A program made the position numbers and the translations under genes. DNA of 64,000 bases from an uncultured cyanobacterium (GTDB lineage: Bacteria; Cyanobacteriota; Cyanobacteriia; Phormidesmidales; Phormidesmidaceae), in NCBI GenBank assembly GCA_963796235.1, contig CAWCKX010000002.1, positions 843,764 through 907,763 on the forward strand. The letters run 5' to 3'. The first letter of the stretch is position 1, and the number at the start of each line of letters is the position of its first letter. The notes beneath the pieces are model-generated. The model saw nothing but the letters and a program-made list of their open reading frames with translations. It had not been told where the DNA came from and made no database searches. This document shows, piece by piece, positions 39,689-50,337 of this stretch.

Positions 39689-40351
39689 TTATTTGCCTTC
39701 CCAACGTCGTAATGGTACACAGTCTATCGCAAGCTGATCCAGCGCTCTAGCAACCACAAAGTCAACTAGGTCTTCGACCGACTGCGGATGGTGGTACCAG
39801 GCCGGAATTGCAGGCACAATTCGCGCCCCAGCTTCAGCTAAGGTGGTCAGATTACGCAAATGAATCAGACTTAGCGGCGTCTCTCTCGGTACGACGACCA
39901 GCGATCGCCCTTCTTTGATCTGCACATCAGCAGCGCGCTCCAGCAAATCTGAACTCAGCCCGGCTGCCAGCTTGCCAACCGTACTCATACTGCAAGGCAT
40001 AATTACCATGCCCAGCGCTCTAAATGAGCCACTGGCGATGCTGGCCCCTACATTGCCCCAGGCATGACAGCGCAGCTTACCGGCAGACTGGACGCCCGCC
40101 TGCTCTCGCCAAAAATCTGATTGCCGTTCGGGGTTGGTCGGCATCTGCACGCCGTCTTCTTTGAGCCAGACCTGATGAGACGCTCGCGAGGCAACCAGGT
40201 CAACGGTATAGCCTGCGCTTAGCAGATGTTTGAGCGATCGCACCGCATAGATCATCCCTGAAGCCCCGCTCACGCCCAAAATCATTGGTCGCTGAGGCGA
40301 CGGCAGCTCAAGATTAGCGTTTGCTGACTCAGCAGCGTTGTCCACAGTCAC
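39689..40351 (-). CDS. ubiX: Flavin prenyltransferase UbiX
   Basis: GVSGASG, ASIASGS, PCSMST, RAADV, PRETP. Confidence 0.93.
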   Translation of the reverse strand: MTVDNAAESANANLELPSPQRPMILGVSGASGMIYAVRSLKHLLSAGYTVDLVASRASHQVWLKEDGVQMPTNPERQSDFWREQAGVQSAGKLRCHAWGNVGASIASGSFRALGMVIMPCSMSTVGKLAAGLSSDLLERAADVQIKEGRSLVVVPRETPLSLIHLRNLTTLAEAGARIVPAIPAWYHHPQSVEDLVDFVVARALDQLAIDCVPLRRWEGK

Positions 40352-40415
40352 TTTTTAGCGTTCGTCCTGCTGATAGGGGGCAATGGATAGCGAATTGATA
40401 GCGGCAAGGCCAGGC

Positions 40416-42794
40416 TTATTCTTCCTCGTGGCTAAAGTCTTCACTGCCGTTATCGTCGTCATCGTCGTCGTCATCATCGGTGGCTTCGCTGCCGCCACCC
40501 ACGGCTACTAAATCAATTTGCTGACGATAGTAGTCCACGCTTTTTACCTGCACTTCGACGCGATCGCCCAGCCGGTATTGCTGCCGGTTTTTGCGGCCAA
40601 CCAGCTTCTGCTGCCGCGAGCGATACTCATACCAGTCGTCTTTGAGCGAGCTGACATGCACCAAGCCCTCAACTAGCAGCTCCTCTAGCTCTACAAAGAA
40701 CCCATAGGACTGCACACCTGTAATTAGCCCGTGAAAGACTTCGCCCGTGTGCGCCTGCATGAAGGCCGCTTTTTTCAGCCCTTCCAAGTCAGATTCAGCA
40801 TCTTGAGCTAAGCGCTCTCGCTCAGTCATTTTGATCGGCACCCGCGACAGCTGCTCTTCCATTTCTTGCTGCACGACCGGCGGCAGTACGCTCCAGTTGA
40901 TATTGCCGTGGCAAGAACTATGCCGCAGATTAACCCGATCTTTTGACCGAGTAGAGCGGCGATCGCGCCCATGCTCAAACACCGCATGCAGCAGCCTATG
41001 TACCAGCAAGTCGGGGTAGCGGCGTACCGGCGAGGAAAAATGGGTATAGGCATCGGCGATCGCCAACCCAAAATGCGGCCCCGGCTGCGCGCTATAAACA
41101 GCAGGCTTAAAGGTCGCTAGCAGCAAGTAAGTCAGTACCTTTTCAGCTTTAGAAGTCGCAAACTGCTCAGTAAAGTTGCGATAGTCACGGGAGTGCACCT
41201 CATCTTCATCTTCTAGCTGTAGATTAAGCTCCATATTGTTGGCTAGCTTCATCAGCTCCTGCACATCAGCCGGATCAGGAGTGCGGTGAATGCGGTACAG
41301 CCCCGGAATGCCCAACGCCTGAATGTGCTTAGCCACCAGATGATTAGCCAGCAGCATAAACTCGGTGACAATAATGCGAGCCGGTAGCTGCGATGAGACC
41401 ACCATCGCCCCAAGTGCGCCCTCATCGTCATACTGAAACTTGGGAGAAAGATACTCGGCTAGCTCCTCAGCCTCCGGGGGAAACACATGTTCAGGCAGGC
41501 TAAGCTCAAAAGATCCGCGTTCGTGGCGGCGCTGCTTGACCTCCTGAGAAAGCTGAAACAAGCTATCAATCAGGTCAAAGGCCGACTCAAACGGCTCTAT
41601 ATCTTCTAGTGTGGTATCGCGTTCTGCTAGAGCCTCGCTGTCTTCACGCACCAAAATTGACTGCACCTGATCGTAGTTCAGCTGGTGGTCGACCTGAATG
41701 ACGCTGGGCTGAATTTCGTATTCGAGCACCTCGCCATCGTCATCAAACGTTACCAAAACCGAAATAGCCAGCCGATCTTTACCAGGCAATAGGGCACAAA
41801 GGGCATTGGGTAAAGGCGGCGGCAGCATGGAGACCACATCGTCACCCAGATAGACTGCGGTGCCGCGCCGCCTGGCTTCACGGTCAATCGGCTCGTTAGG
41901 CTGCACATAAAAAGAGACATCGGCAATATGTACAGACAGGCGGCGGTAGCCAGCGTCGGTAATTTCTAAGCTGAGGGCATCGTCAACGACTTTGGCATCA
42001 GGGCCATCAATGGTGATGATATTTTGGCTGCGCAGATCGAGTCGGCCTTTGCTGTCGCTCTTGCGAACGCGGTTAGGCAGGCCCCGCGCGGCGATGAACA
42101 CTTCTTCTGAAAAGTTGCGCGGCAGGTCGTGCTTGCAGTAGACGATATCAATATCGGCGGCGTCTTCAGCGTCGCTGCCTAAAATGCGAGCCACTCGGCC
42201 CTGAGGCGGATTTTGGGCGAGCGGATAGCGGGTGATTTCGACATGGATTAAATGGTCGATTGCACCCGCTAAGTCGGCTTCGCTCTCGGTGATGTCTAGC
42301 TCAAACAGCAGCCGGTCGTCTAGGGGCACTGCTTTAAACTGGCTGGCTTCGCCCGCTTTAACTTCACCCGCTTTAACTTTAGAGAGCACCGAGGCATTGG
42401 CCCGCTCTAAAATCAGCTTCACTTCACCTTCGGGGCTGCGGCGACGGCTGCCGTCTTTAGTGACTTTGACCAGCACGCGATCGCCATTCCAAGCAGTATT
42501 TAGCTGGCTTTCTCGCACGTAGATGTCATCGGCCCCTTCTTCGTCTTGAATAGCAAAGCAAAAGCCCTTACTAGAGCAGCGCAGCTTACCTTCAATGACA
42601 TCTTCTGCTTGCACCCGGCGATATTTACCGCGAGACTTTTGCAAAATATCAATTCGCTCCAGCGCATCTAGGGCAATCTGCAAGTCTTTGGCACAGGGCT
42701 CAGCCGTACAGTTCAGCTTTTTTTCCAGAGTCTTGACAGTCACCAACTTGTCGTCTGAAAAATTGGCTAACAGTGACGCGATCGAAAATTCCAT
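40416..42794 (-). CDS. rnr: Ribonuclease R family exoribonuclease
   Basis: CSD (GFCF), ITIDGPDAKVVDDA, HFSSPVRRYPDLLVHR, S1 domain. Confidence 0.9.
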   Translation of the reverse strand: MEFSIASLLANFSDDKLVTVKTLEKKLNCTAEPCAKDLQIALDALERIDILQKSRGKYRRVQAEDVIEGKLRCSSKGFCFAIQDEEGADDIYVRESQLNTAWNGDRVLVKVTKDGSRRRSPEGEVKLILERANASVLSKVKAGEVKAGEASQFKAVPLDDRLLFELDITESEADLAGAIDHLIHVEITRYPLAQNPPQGRVARILGSDAEDAADIDIVYCKHDLPRNFSEEVFIAARGLPNRVRKSDSKGRLDLRSQNIITIDGPDAKVVDDALSLEITDAGYRRLSVHIADVSFYVQPNEPIDREARRRGTAVYLGDDVVSMLPPPLPNALCALLPGKDRLAISVLVTFDDDGEVLEYEIQPSVIQVDHQLNYDQVQSILVREDSEALAERDTTLEDIEPFESAFDLIDSLFQLSQEVKQRRHERGSFELSLPEHVFPPEAEELAEYLSPKFQYDDEGALGAMVVSSQLPARIIVTEFMLLANHLVAKHIQALGIPGLYRIHRTPDPADVQELMKLANNMELNLQLEDEDEVHSRDYRNFTEQFATSKAEKVLTYLLLATFKPAVYSAQPGPHFGLAIADAYTHFSSPVRRYPDLLVHRLLHAVFEHGRDRRSTRSKDRVNLRHSSCHGNINWSVLPPVVQQEMEEQLSRVPIKMTERERLAQDAESDLEGLKKAAFMQAHTGEVFHGLITGVQSYGFFVELEELLVEGLVHVSSLKDDWYEYRSRQQKLVGRKNRQQYRLGDRVEVQVKSVDYYRQQIDLVAVGGGSEATDDDDDDDDDNGSEDFSHEEE

Positions 42795-43437
42795 GTAGCG
42801 ATGAATCCTTGAATTGAATCCTTAAATTTCGAAGAAAGGGGCTTGAAGATGAAGTGAAAACCTGCATCGAAATAGGCACAAAACCATCCCAAGCAAGCAG
42901 GGTTAACTCGCACCATCAGAAGCTACAGCGCCTGCCTATACTCATTTTGCGCAGCCACTGCCAGTCTGATGGCACATAGCCGCTAGCAGCTTCAGATCAC
43001 AGAGCAATGGGCAGGTAATTGGCAACCCGTCTGATTTTGAACGAACGATAAAATCAGTGGGGTTGCAGCGTTCTCTTAAGCGGTGAGGCCAGAGCAGTGA
43101 GGTCAGATGCCGTTACGCTTTGATGCACAATCATGATGCAAATCATAAAGATATCAGGGCAAAAGATATCAGGGCGGATGCTAGCTCACAAGCGGTTGGG
43201 CTAAATGCACCTGACATGACTTTCCAAAGCGTTCAGAGCAATATTGCAGAATCAGCCGCTTTCTCTATCTTAAAGATATTGCCAGCATTCGTATTTTCTG
43301 AATCTCACAACCTTCTTATGTTTCCGCATCGGTAGAGGACTGTCAAATGTTTTTCTGCAAACTCCTTAAAGTTATGCTCAAATTCTACCGATTTACAGCG
43401 AAAATTTGTGGTTAAGCGCAAGGCCGAAGCACGCCTG

Positions 43438-44205
43438 CTAAAACCGCTCGCCCGTAATTACATAAGTCACCCGTTTACCTACGTTTGTCGCGTGGTCAGC
43501 AATTCGCTCTAGGGAACGAATCACCAGCACCATCAGCACAATTGGTTCTACCGAACCGCTGACACAGGGCGAGCTGACTAGCTGGTTGTAGAGCCTTTCG
43601 TAATCGTCATCGACTACGTCATCTTTTTGCTTGATGCTGCGGCCTGCCTCTGGGTCGAGTTCGGCGAGCGATCGCAGACACAAAGCCACCATCGACCGAC
43701 AGCGATCTAGCATCGTTTCAACCTCTTTCATGCCTGCATACACCGGGTAGGGAAACAGCTTAATGGAGGTATTGCCAATGCTTTTGGCATAGTCGCCAAT
43801 GCGCTCTAGATCGCGCACCATCTGCATAAAAGCGCTCACCAGCCGCAGATCTTGCGTAACGGGCGCTTCTAAGTTCAGCAGGTGGGTGCAATCAACTTCG
43901 ATCTGACGATAGAGCTGGTCAATTTGCTTGTCTTGAATAGGAATTTTTTTGGCGGCGTCTAAATCGCGATCGCACAGCGCCTCTCGGGCCAGCAGGCAAG
44001 AATTTTCGACCAGCGCCCCCATTTTTAAAACATCCCGGTGGACGCGAATGAGCTTGCGATCTAGGCTAGGTCGAGCAGAGGGCTCACTACTATGAGCCTC
44101 GTCACCTGCTTGAGCAGACGCCCGAACACCTGCTAGGCGATCGCCATAGGCACTTGCCCAATCACTATCAGAACTGTCGAACGAGGGAGGAAAGGCGCTT
44201 TGCAT
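43438..44205 (-). CDS. phoU: Phosphate signalling protein PhoU
   Basis: Two PhoU repeats: DLERIGDYA and LERIADHATN. Confidence 0.92.
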   Translation of the reverse strand: MQSAFPPSFDSSDSDWASAYGDRLAGVRASAQAGDEAHSSEPSARPSLDRKLIRVHRDVLKMGALVENSCLLAREALCDRDLDAAKKIPIQDKQIDQLYRQIEVDCTHLLNLEAPVTQDLRLVSAFMQMVRDLERIGDYAKSIGNTSIKLFPYPVYAGMKEVETMLDRCRSMVALCLRSLAELDPEAGRSIKQKDDVVDDDYERLYNQLVSSPCVSGSVEPIVLMVLVIRSLERIADHATNVGKRVTYVITGERF

Positions 44206-44569
44206 AATCTCTATTATGGCTGGCTGGCCATCAATGGGCGCTTACTATTAAAAATGAAACTCACACTGATAAACAGTTAGCCACAGACACAGTTAGCCAC
44301 AGCCAAGCTAGGAGAACTCATTTTAGAGAACACAACCTGAGAATATCGTCTGACTAATAGCGACGCCATCTACTCCTTGGGTAGGTTCCTCAATAAGGTC
44401 ACAATCAGAAGACAGGCAAGAGAGCTATTTCTCTGTAGCCTGCTTATAGCCCACAAACTGCGGCTGTAGCTGTTATGTACATAACAAGTACATCACCAGC
44501 CGATATCGACTAGCAGAGCATCCTAACTCCGCTGAGCGAGCAAAGGGCAGATGTTCCTACAGGTGAAGA

Positions 44570-44587
44570 TGTGTAACGGTTAGTAAC
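44570..44587 (-). promoter_or_regulatory. Putative HLR1 (RpaB) site upstream of psaM
   Basis: The minus strand reads GTTACTAA-CC-GTTACACA, close to the (G/T)TTACA(T/A)2-N2 direct repeat. Confidence 0.5.
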
Positions 44588-44662
44588 TAAACTGCTAACA
44601 CAGGGGTCACTTTAGGAAACAATTTACCTGTATTACATACTTTAGAGAGGACAGTAATCACG

Positions 44663-44758
44663 ATGGCCTTATCAGATACGCAAATCTTTGTGGCGCTTGC
44701 CTTCGCGCTGGTTCCTGGGTTTTTGGCGCTACGCCTAGCGACTGAGCTCTATAAGTAG
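44663..44758 (+). CDS. psaM: Photosystem I subunit XII
   Basis: Not in the track. MALSDTQIFVALAFALVPGFLALRLATELYK*, preceded by GAGAGG. Confidence 0.95.
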   Translation: MALSDTQIFVALAFALVPGFLALRLATELYK

Positions 44759-45203
44759 AGCCAGACTTGGGCGGGCCAGGCAGTAGAGCCAGACTTGGGC
44801 GGGCTAAATCAAGCTGCATTAAACTGGCTGCATCAAAACTAGCTAAACCAAAACTGGCTGAACCAAACTGGCAAAGAACTCCCGACTGAAGACTATGGCA
44901 GGTCTCTCTATCGGGAGTTTTGCTATAGATTCAACCGATCGTGAGCCCTTCTGTGTGCCCATCAGCTCGCCAGCGCCCGCCCAAAAATAAAAAACATGAT
45001 TAAACTCCGCTGTAGCTAAGAGCAATCTGAGCGGGGCAAAGTCTTAGTCAAAAATAATTGGCGAACTAAAAAGAGTCTGAAGGGCTTGCAAGTTTCAGAA
45101 ATATATTCATAATGTATGCGAGTATCAGGTAAGCCGTCATTCCTCGGATGCTGTTTGCCCTGCTGCTAATGACGATCAGCTCGCTATTTAGTGATTTTCA
45201 TCT

Positions 45204-45605
45204 ATGAACGCTGCTAAGCGCCCGGCCCCGCCTTCTACCGCACCGACATCGTCTTCCCAAAGCCCTTACCAACCAAAACGAACGCTCCATGTAGGCGCGC
45301 GGCGGGCCATTGCCTTTGAGTCATCGGTGAAGCTGACGGTTAACCTACTGCTGGCGATTGTAGCGACGACCACAATTGCTAAGCTAGTGCCTTACTATCA
45401 GGCTCAGCAACAGCAACTGAGTACCTTGCAAGAGTCGGTACAGGGCGCTGAGAAAAAGAATGCTGAGCTGCGATCGCAGTTTGACCGCAATTTTGACCCA
45501 GCTCAGGCAGCGCGAATCATGCAGGAGCAGAGCGGTTTGGCCTATCCCAATCAGAAGCAGGTGATTTGGACGCCGCCCCTAGCTGATACGCTGGGTAGCC
45601 CTTAA
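45204..45605 (+). CDS. Putative FtsL/DivIC-like membrane coiled-coil protein
   Basis: One TM plus coiled coil, FDRNFDP...MQEQS. Confidence 0.6.
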   Translation: MNAAKRPAPPSTAPTSSSQSPYQPKRTLHVGARRAIAFESSVKLTVNLLLAIVATTTIAKLVPYYQAQQQQLSTLQESVQGAEKKNAELRSQFDRNFDPAQAARIMQEQSGLAYPNQKQVIWTPPLADTLGSP

Positions 45606-45739
45606 AGAACCCCGAGCTCACTTAAATTAGCCCCGAGCTCACTCACTGCCGCCTGTTAACGCCCGATGGGTTAGCGATTTCGACCCAGGCCGATACAATC
45701 GAGAGGTATAGATTCTCTTCGTTTGTGTAAGGAATACCT

Positions 45740-47554
45740 GTGGTTGACGCCGCTTTCGATGCCCCTGACCTGCCCCCCTCTCGCGACTTACCCTCCCCTC
45801 AAGCTGACGCCAACGTATCTTCATCGGGTGAGGCTGCTGGGAAACCACTAGATTTTGAATTTGACTCGATTGCAGCGGCCCTAGCAGATCTAGCAGCAGG
45901 CCGGGCGGTGGTTGTGGTCGATGACGAAAATCGTGAAAACGAGGGCGATGTCATCTGCGCGGCGCAGTTTGCTACCCCAGATCTAATTAACTTTATGGCG
46001 GTAGAAGCGCGGGGGCTGATCTGTCTGGCGATGACGGGCGATCGCCTCGATCAGCTCGATCTGCCGCTGATGGTCACCAGTAGCCCGTTTGAAGATGAAA
46101 ACGAGCAAACAGCCTTTACCGTCAGCATTGACGCGGCTCTTACCTGGGGCGTCACAACTGGTATTTCAGCAGAAGACCGAGCGCGCACTATTCAAGTTGC
46201 CATCAACGCCAAAGCCGTCCCTCAAGATCTGCGCCGACCGGGCCATATTTTTCCCCTGCGGGCTAAAGAAGGCGGCGTTCTTAAGCGGGCCGGACATACC
46301 GAAGCCGGTGTCGATTTAGCCCGGCTAGCAGGGCTGTACCCAGCAGGCGTCATCTGCGAAATCTCTAACCCCGATGGCTCAATGGCCCGGCTGCCAGACC
46401 TGGTGCATTATGCCAAGCGCCACGGCCTCAAGCTGATTAGCATTGCCGATCTGATTAGCTACCGGCTGCGGCATGAGCGCTTTGTCAAGCGCGAGGCGAT
46501 CGCCGCCATGCCGACCAAATTTGGCAACTTTCAGATATACGCCTATCGCAACCAGCTCGATGGCTCAGAGCATGTCGCGCTGGTCAAAGGCGATCCGGCG
46601 ACGTTTAAAGCAGAGCCCATCATGGTGCGGATGCACTCTGAATGCCTGACCGGAGACGCTTTAGGATCGATGCGCTGCGACTGCCGAATGCAGCTTCAGG
46701 CCACGCTAAAAATGATCGAAAACGCGGGTCGAGGCGTCGTGGTTTACCTGCGTCAGGAAGGGCGCGGCATTGGTCTAGTCAACAAGCTCAAAGCCTATTC
46801 TTTGCAAGACATGGGGCTCGATACAGTTGAGGCCAATGAGCGGCTTGGCCTGCCGGTCGATCAGCGCAACTATGGCATGGGCGCTCAGATTTTAATGGAT
46901 CTGGGCATTGGCCAGTTTCGGCTGATTACCAATAACCCTCGCAAGATAGCCGGGCTCAAAGGCTATGGCCTAGAGATGGTAGATCGGGTGCCGCTGCTGA
47001 TTGAAGCCACTTCCTATAATGCAAATTATCTGGCCACCAAAGCCAAAAAAATGGGGCACCTGCTATTGCAGACCTACCTGGTAACGGTAGCAATTCAGTG
47101 GCGCGCTGAAGCGGCAGACGGCGATCCGGTCACAGCCCGCTACGAAAGGCTAGAGAAACTGCGCGCTTTGGCCCAGCAGCACGATCTGCTACTGCAAGAA
47201 GAGGCCCGCTCAGTAGCCGTGGCCGTATTTGGCCAGATGCCTTTAATTGCTCACTTGGGCCTAGATCAGCCTGAGGTCGCTGATAGCCACTGGTATAAAG
47301 ACGAAACTCACCCATATGTGCGGGCGATCGCGGCCCTACTCGACGACCTCATTAGCTGGAACAACATCGACCAGTTAGAATTTTTGATCTCAGCTGGTGG
47401 AGATCCGTTCACTCAGCTCAAAGTGCGGCTAGACCGACAGATTTTTCCCTGGTCGCCAACCGGAGAAAACTCAGTCACACCCAGTGATATTTGCCGACAG
47501 CTAGAAACTCAGAGAATTTACGTCTTCTCTCAGCACAGCGCTCAGCCCATATAG
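45740..47554 (+). CDS. ribBA: Bifunctional DHBP synthase / GTP cyclohydrolase II
   Basis: DDENRENEGD, RAGHTEA, HSECLTGD, RCDC, ITNNP. Confidence 0.96.
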   Translation: MVDAAFDAPDLPPSRDLPSPQADANVSSSGEAAGKPLDFEFDSIAAALADLAAGRAVVVVDDENRENEGDVICAAQFATPDLINFMAVEARGLICLAMTGDRLDQLDLPLMVTSSPFEDENEQTAFTVSIDAALTWGVTTGISAEDRARTIQVAINAKAVPQDLRRPGHIFPLRAKEGGVLKRAGHTEAGVDLARLAGLYPAGVICEISNPDGSMARLPDLVHYAKRHGLKLISIADLISYRLRHERFVKREAIAAMPTKFGNFQIYAYRNQLDGSEHVALVKGDPATFKAEPIMVRMHSECLTGDALGSMRCDCRMQLQATLKMIENAGRGVVVYLRQEGRGIGLVNKLKAYSLQDMGLDTVEANERLGLPVDQRNYGMGAQILMDLGIGQFRLITNNPRKIAGLKGYGLEMVDRVPLLIEATSYNANYLATKAKKMGHLLLQTYLVTVAIQWRAEAADGDPVTARYERLEKLRALAQQHDLLLQEEARSVAVAVFGQMPLIAHLGLDQPEVADSHWYKDETHPYVRAIAALLDDLISWNNIDQLEFLISAGGDPFTQLKVRLDRQIFPWSPTGENSVTPSDICRQLETQRIYVFSQHSAQPI

Positions 47555-47683
47555 GCAGGTTTGTCTCAAAGTAGGCACACTTTAGATCATGAGATCTAAA
47601 GATCGAAATTCAGGGCGTCGATCAAGTCTTACGGCTCCGTCCTACGGATCCGTCTTGCGGTTACGGTCGCGTACAGCCCTGTC

Positions 47684-49042
47684 TTATGGCTCTACGCGAC
47701 CAAGCTGGCTAGGTCGCGCGTGGGGCAAACTAGGAGAAGCCAGCACCGGAGAATCTTCCTGACGGCGAGCAATCACCTCCGGCTCAATAGCAGCAACCGC
47801 CCTAACAAACTGGGGATCAGCGCTGGTACCGCGTCTGCCCGGATTCGTCTCTAGCTCTTGACGCTGCTGCTCAGTCAGACTGAGACTGATATCTGGGATA
47901 ATGCCCCGACGACTGATATCGGTGCCATCGGGCGTGTAGTAATGAGCCACCGTGACCGCCAAACCCGACCCATCAGACAAACCGTGAAGCTGCTGCACCA
48001 GCGCCTTGCCAAAGGTCGGATCGCCGACGACTACCGCCCGACCATTGTCTCGCAGGGCACCGGTCAAAATTTCGCTAGAGCTAGCAGACTGACCGTTTAC
48101 CAAGACAGCCAGCGGCAGATCTGAGATAGCCGTCCGGTTGGCCGTAATTTCCTCACTGTGGCCATCGCGATCTACAGTGCGAACAATGCTGCCCCGAGGT
48201 AGCCACATGCGGCTAATGTCGATACTGGCGTGCAAAAGCCCACCCGGATTGCCGCGCAGATCTAAGACAAAAGCCTCTGCTCCCTGCTCAGTGAGGGTGT
48301 CAATCGCAGCGCGCATTTGCTCAGCGGCATGAGCGCTAAACTCGTCTAGGCGAATGTAGCCCACGCTCAGCTCGCCTTGAGGCTGCAAGTTAAAAGTGAC
48401 GGTCGGGACGGAGACAACCTCACGGGTTAGAGCTAGCGTTGCTTCACTGCCGTCTGTCCGGCGCAGCGTCACCGACAGCGGACTGCCGCTCTCCCCTCGA
48501 ATGAGCTGAGAAGCCTCTTCAAGACTCAAATCTCGACTAGAGCGCCCGTCGATTACTAAAATAGTGTCGCCCGCTTCAATCCCTGCTTTCTGAGCGGGTG
48601 ACCCTTCTAAAACGCCCGCGACTCTGAGGCTCTGGCCAGCCTGCTCTAGCTGCACACCCACCCCAGAGACCTCACCAGCAGTTTGCTCAGTCAGCGCCGC
48701 ATACTGATCGGGGTTGAGAAAGCGAGTGTAAGGGTCTTCTAGTCGGCGCAGCATCCGCCGTAGCTCACTGTAGGCTGCATCTCGAGAGGTATATTCGCCG
48801 TTTAGCAGCGCCTCTCTCACGCCTAGCCAATCAACCCGATTAAAGCTGGCATCGACATACTCTTGATAAACCAGTTGCCAGGCCTCATCTAAGACCATTT
48901 TAGGACTGTCTTGGAAGTCGGCAGCGGCGGCTGGCTGGGCTACTACCCCGCCCATGCCGGTGACGATGGCTGGCAAAATCAGGGCAGTAGCGCCTACGGA
49001 GCAATGTTTTAGAAAGCTTAGAGCACAGGCGGTATTTTTCAT
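47684..49042 (-). CDS. Carboxyl-terminal processing protease (S41)
   Basis: LEDPYTRF, PDZ domain, DLRGNPGG, ASSSEI, TFGKA. Confidence 0.92.
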   Translation of the reverse strand: MKNTACALSFLKHCSVGATALILPAIVTGMGGVVAQPAAAADFQDSPKMVLDEAWQLVYQEYVDASFNRVDWLGVREALLNGEYTSRDAAYSELRRMLRRLEDPYTRFLNPDQYAALTEQTAGEVSGVGVQLEQAGQSLRVAGVLEGSPAQKAGIEAGDTILVIDGRSSRDLSLEEASQLIRGESGSPLSVTLRRTDGSEATLALTREVVSVPTVTFNLQPQGELSVGYIRLDEFSAHAAEQMRAAIDTLTEQGAEAFVLDLRGNPGGLLHASIDISRMWLPRGSIVRTVDRDGHSEEITANRTAISDLPLAVLVNGQSASSSEILTGALRDNGRAVVVGDPTFGKALVQQLHGLSDGSGLAVTVAHYYTPDGTDISRRGIIPDISLSLTEQQRQELETNPGRRGTSADPQFVRAVAAIEPEVIARRQEDSPVLASPSLPHARPSQLGRVEP

Positions 49043-49473
49043 TTACGACAGAGACTGCGAAGAGTAAAGAAACGTAGATGCAAATATGAGCGGCTTGAAA
49101 ATAATTGAGTAAGGCTAAAAACGCCTCCTACTTGCCCCCCTTACTTAAACCGCCCTCCTTACTTAAACCTAAGTATTTAAACCTAAATATTTAGGAATAA
49201 GGTCGAAGACAGGCTTCATGAAGTAGAAGATGCCCTACCCAAGGTAATCAATAAAGTTGGGCGCGTAAATAGGTAATTGCCAGGAGCCTGAACCAAACCT
49301 GGGTGATTTATACGACCCCGCTACCCCGATAATACGGGGAGACTCAAGGCATCGCTGCTTGGCTGCGGACAGCTAGTTGACTGCCCTACTGTATTCTTGC
49401 AGAGCGCGGCGGCTGGCTACCCCTTTCTTGTTTAACTGTAAGATTACGCAGCTTGAAGCAGTTTTTTTGATTT

Positions 49474-50301
49474 ATGCACGGCTATATTCCCGCAGAGCGC
49501 TTTTTTCCTTATCTGAGCTGGCCTCAGGTGGAGGCGCTGCCTGACAAGGCCAATACTCTCATTGTTCAGCCAATTGGCGCGGTGGAACAGCACGGGCCGC
49601 ATTTGCCTTTGGTGGTGGATGCAGCGATCGCGACCGCAGTCGTCGGCCAAGCCCTACACCAGCTAGGCTCAGCCATACCAGCCTATGCCCTGCCACCCCT
49701 TTACTATGGTAAGTCCAATGAGCACTGGCAGTTTCCAGGAACTATTACGCTGACAGCGCAGACCCTGATAGCTGTGCTGATGGAGATGGCTCAGAGCGTC
49801 TACAGAGCCGGATTTCGGAAGCTGGTGTTGGTCAACGGGCACGGCGGCCAGCCCCAAATTTTAGAAATTGTCGCTCGCGATTTGCGCCAGCAGCACGGTG
49901 ACCTGATGATATTTCCGCTATTTGTCTGGGGGGCCCCGCACAATGCGGCTGAACTGGTGGGCACATCAGAATATAATCAGGGCATTCATGCGGGCGATGT
50001 AGAAACTAGCGTGATGCTTTCTCTCTTGCCGGAGCAAGTCGATATGGCTAAAGCCGTGCGAGAGTATCCGACTGAGCTGCCAGCCGGAAGCTTGCTGAGC
50101 CTGGAGGGGCGACTGCCGATCGCTTGGACGATGGCTGACTTGAGCCGGAGCGGGGTAGTAGGAGATGCTACGGTATCGACGGCGGCTAAAGGCAAAGCGA
50201 TTTTGGCGTCGGTAGCAGCGGGCTGGGTGAAAGTGCTCGAAGAGATTTACCAATTTGAAGGCTTGCATCCGCTGCCGTCTAAAGAGATTCAGAAGAAATA
50301 A
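49474..50301 (+). CDS. Creatininase family protein
   Basis: GAVEQHGPHLP, SNEH, NGHGG, HAGDVETS. Confidence 0.9.
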   Translation: MHGYIPAERFFPYLSWPQVEALPDKANTLIVQPIGAVEQHGPHLPLVVDAAIATAVVGQALHQLGSAIPAYALPPLYYGKSNEHWQFPGTITLTAQTLIAVLMEMAQSVYRAGFRKLVLVNGHGGQPQILEIVARDLRQQHGDLMIFPLFVWGAPHNAAELVGTSEYNQGIHAGDVETSVMLSLLPEQVDMAKAVREYPTELPAGSLLSLEGRLPIAWTMADLSRSGVVGDATVSTAAKGKAILASVAAGWVKVLEEIYQFEGLHPLPSKEIQKK

Positions 50302-50337
50302 AGGTTTGAGAGAGATTTTGACGAGGAGTATTTTTGT

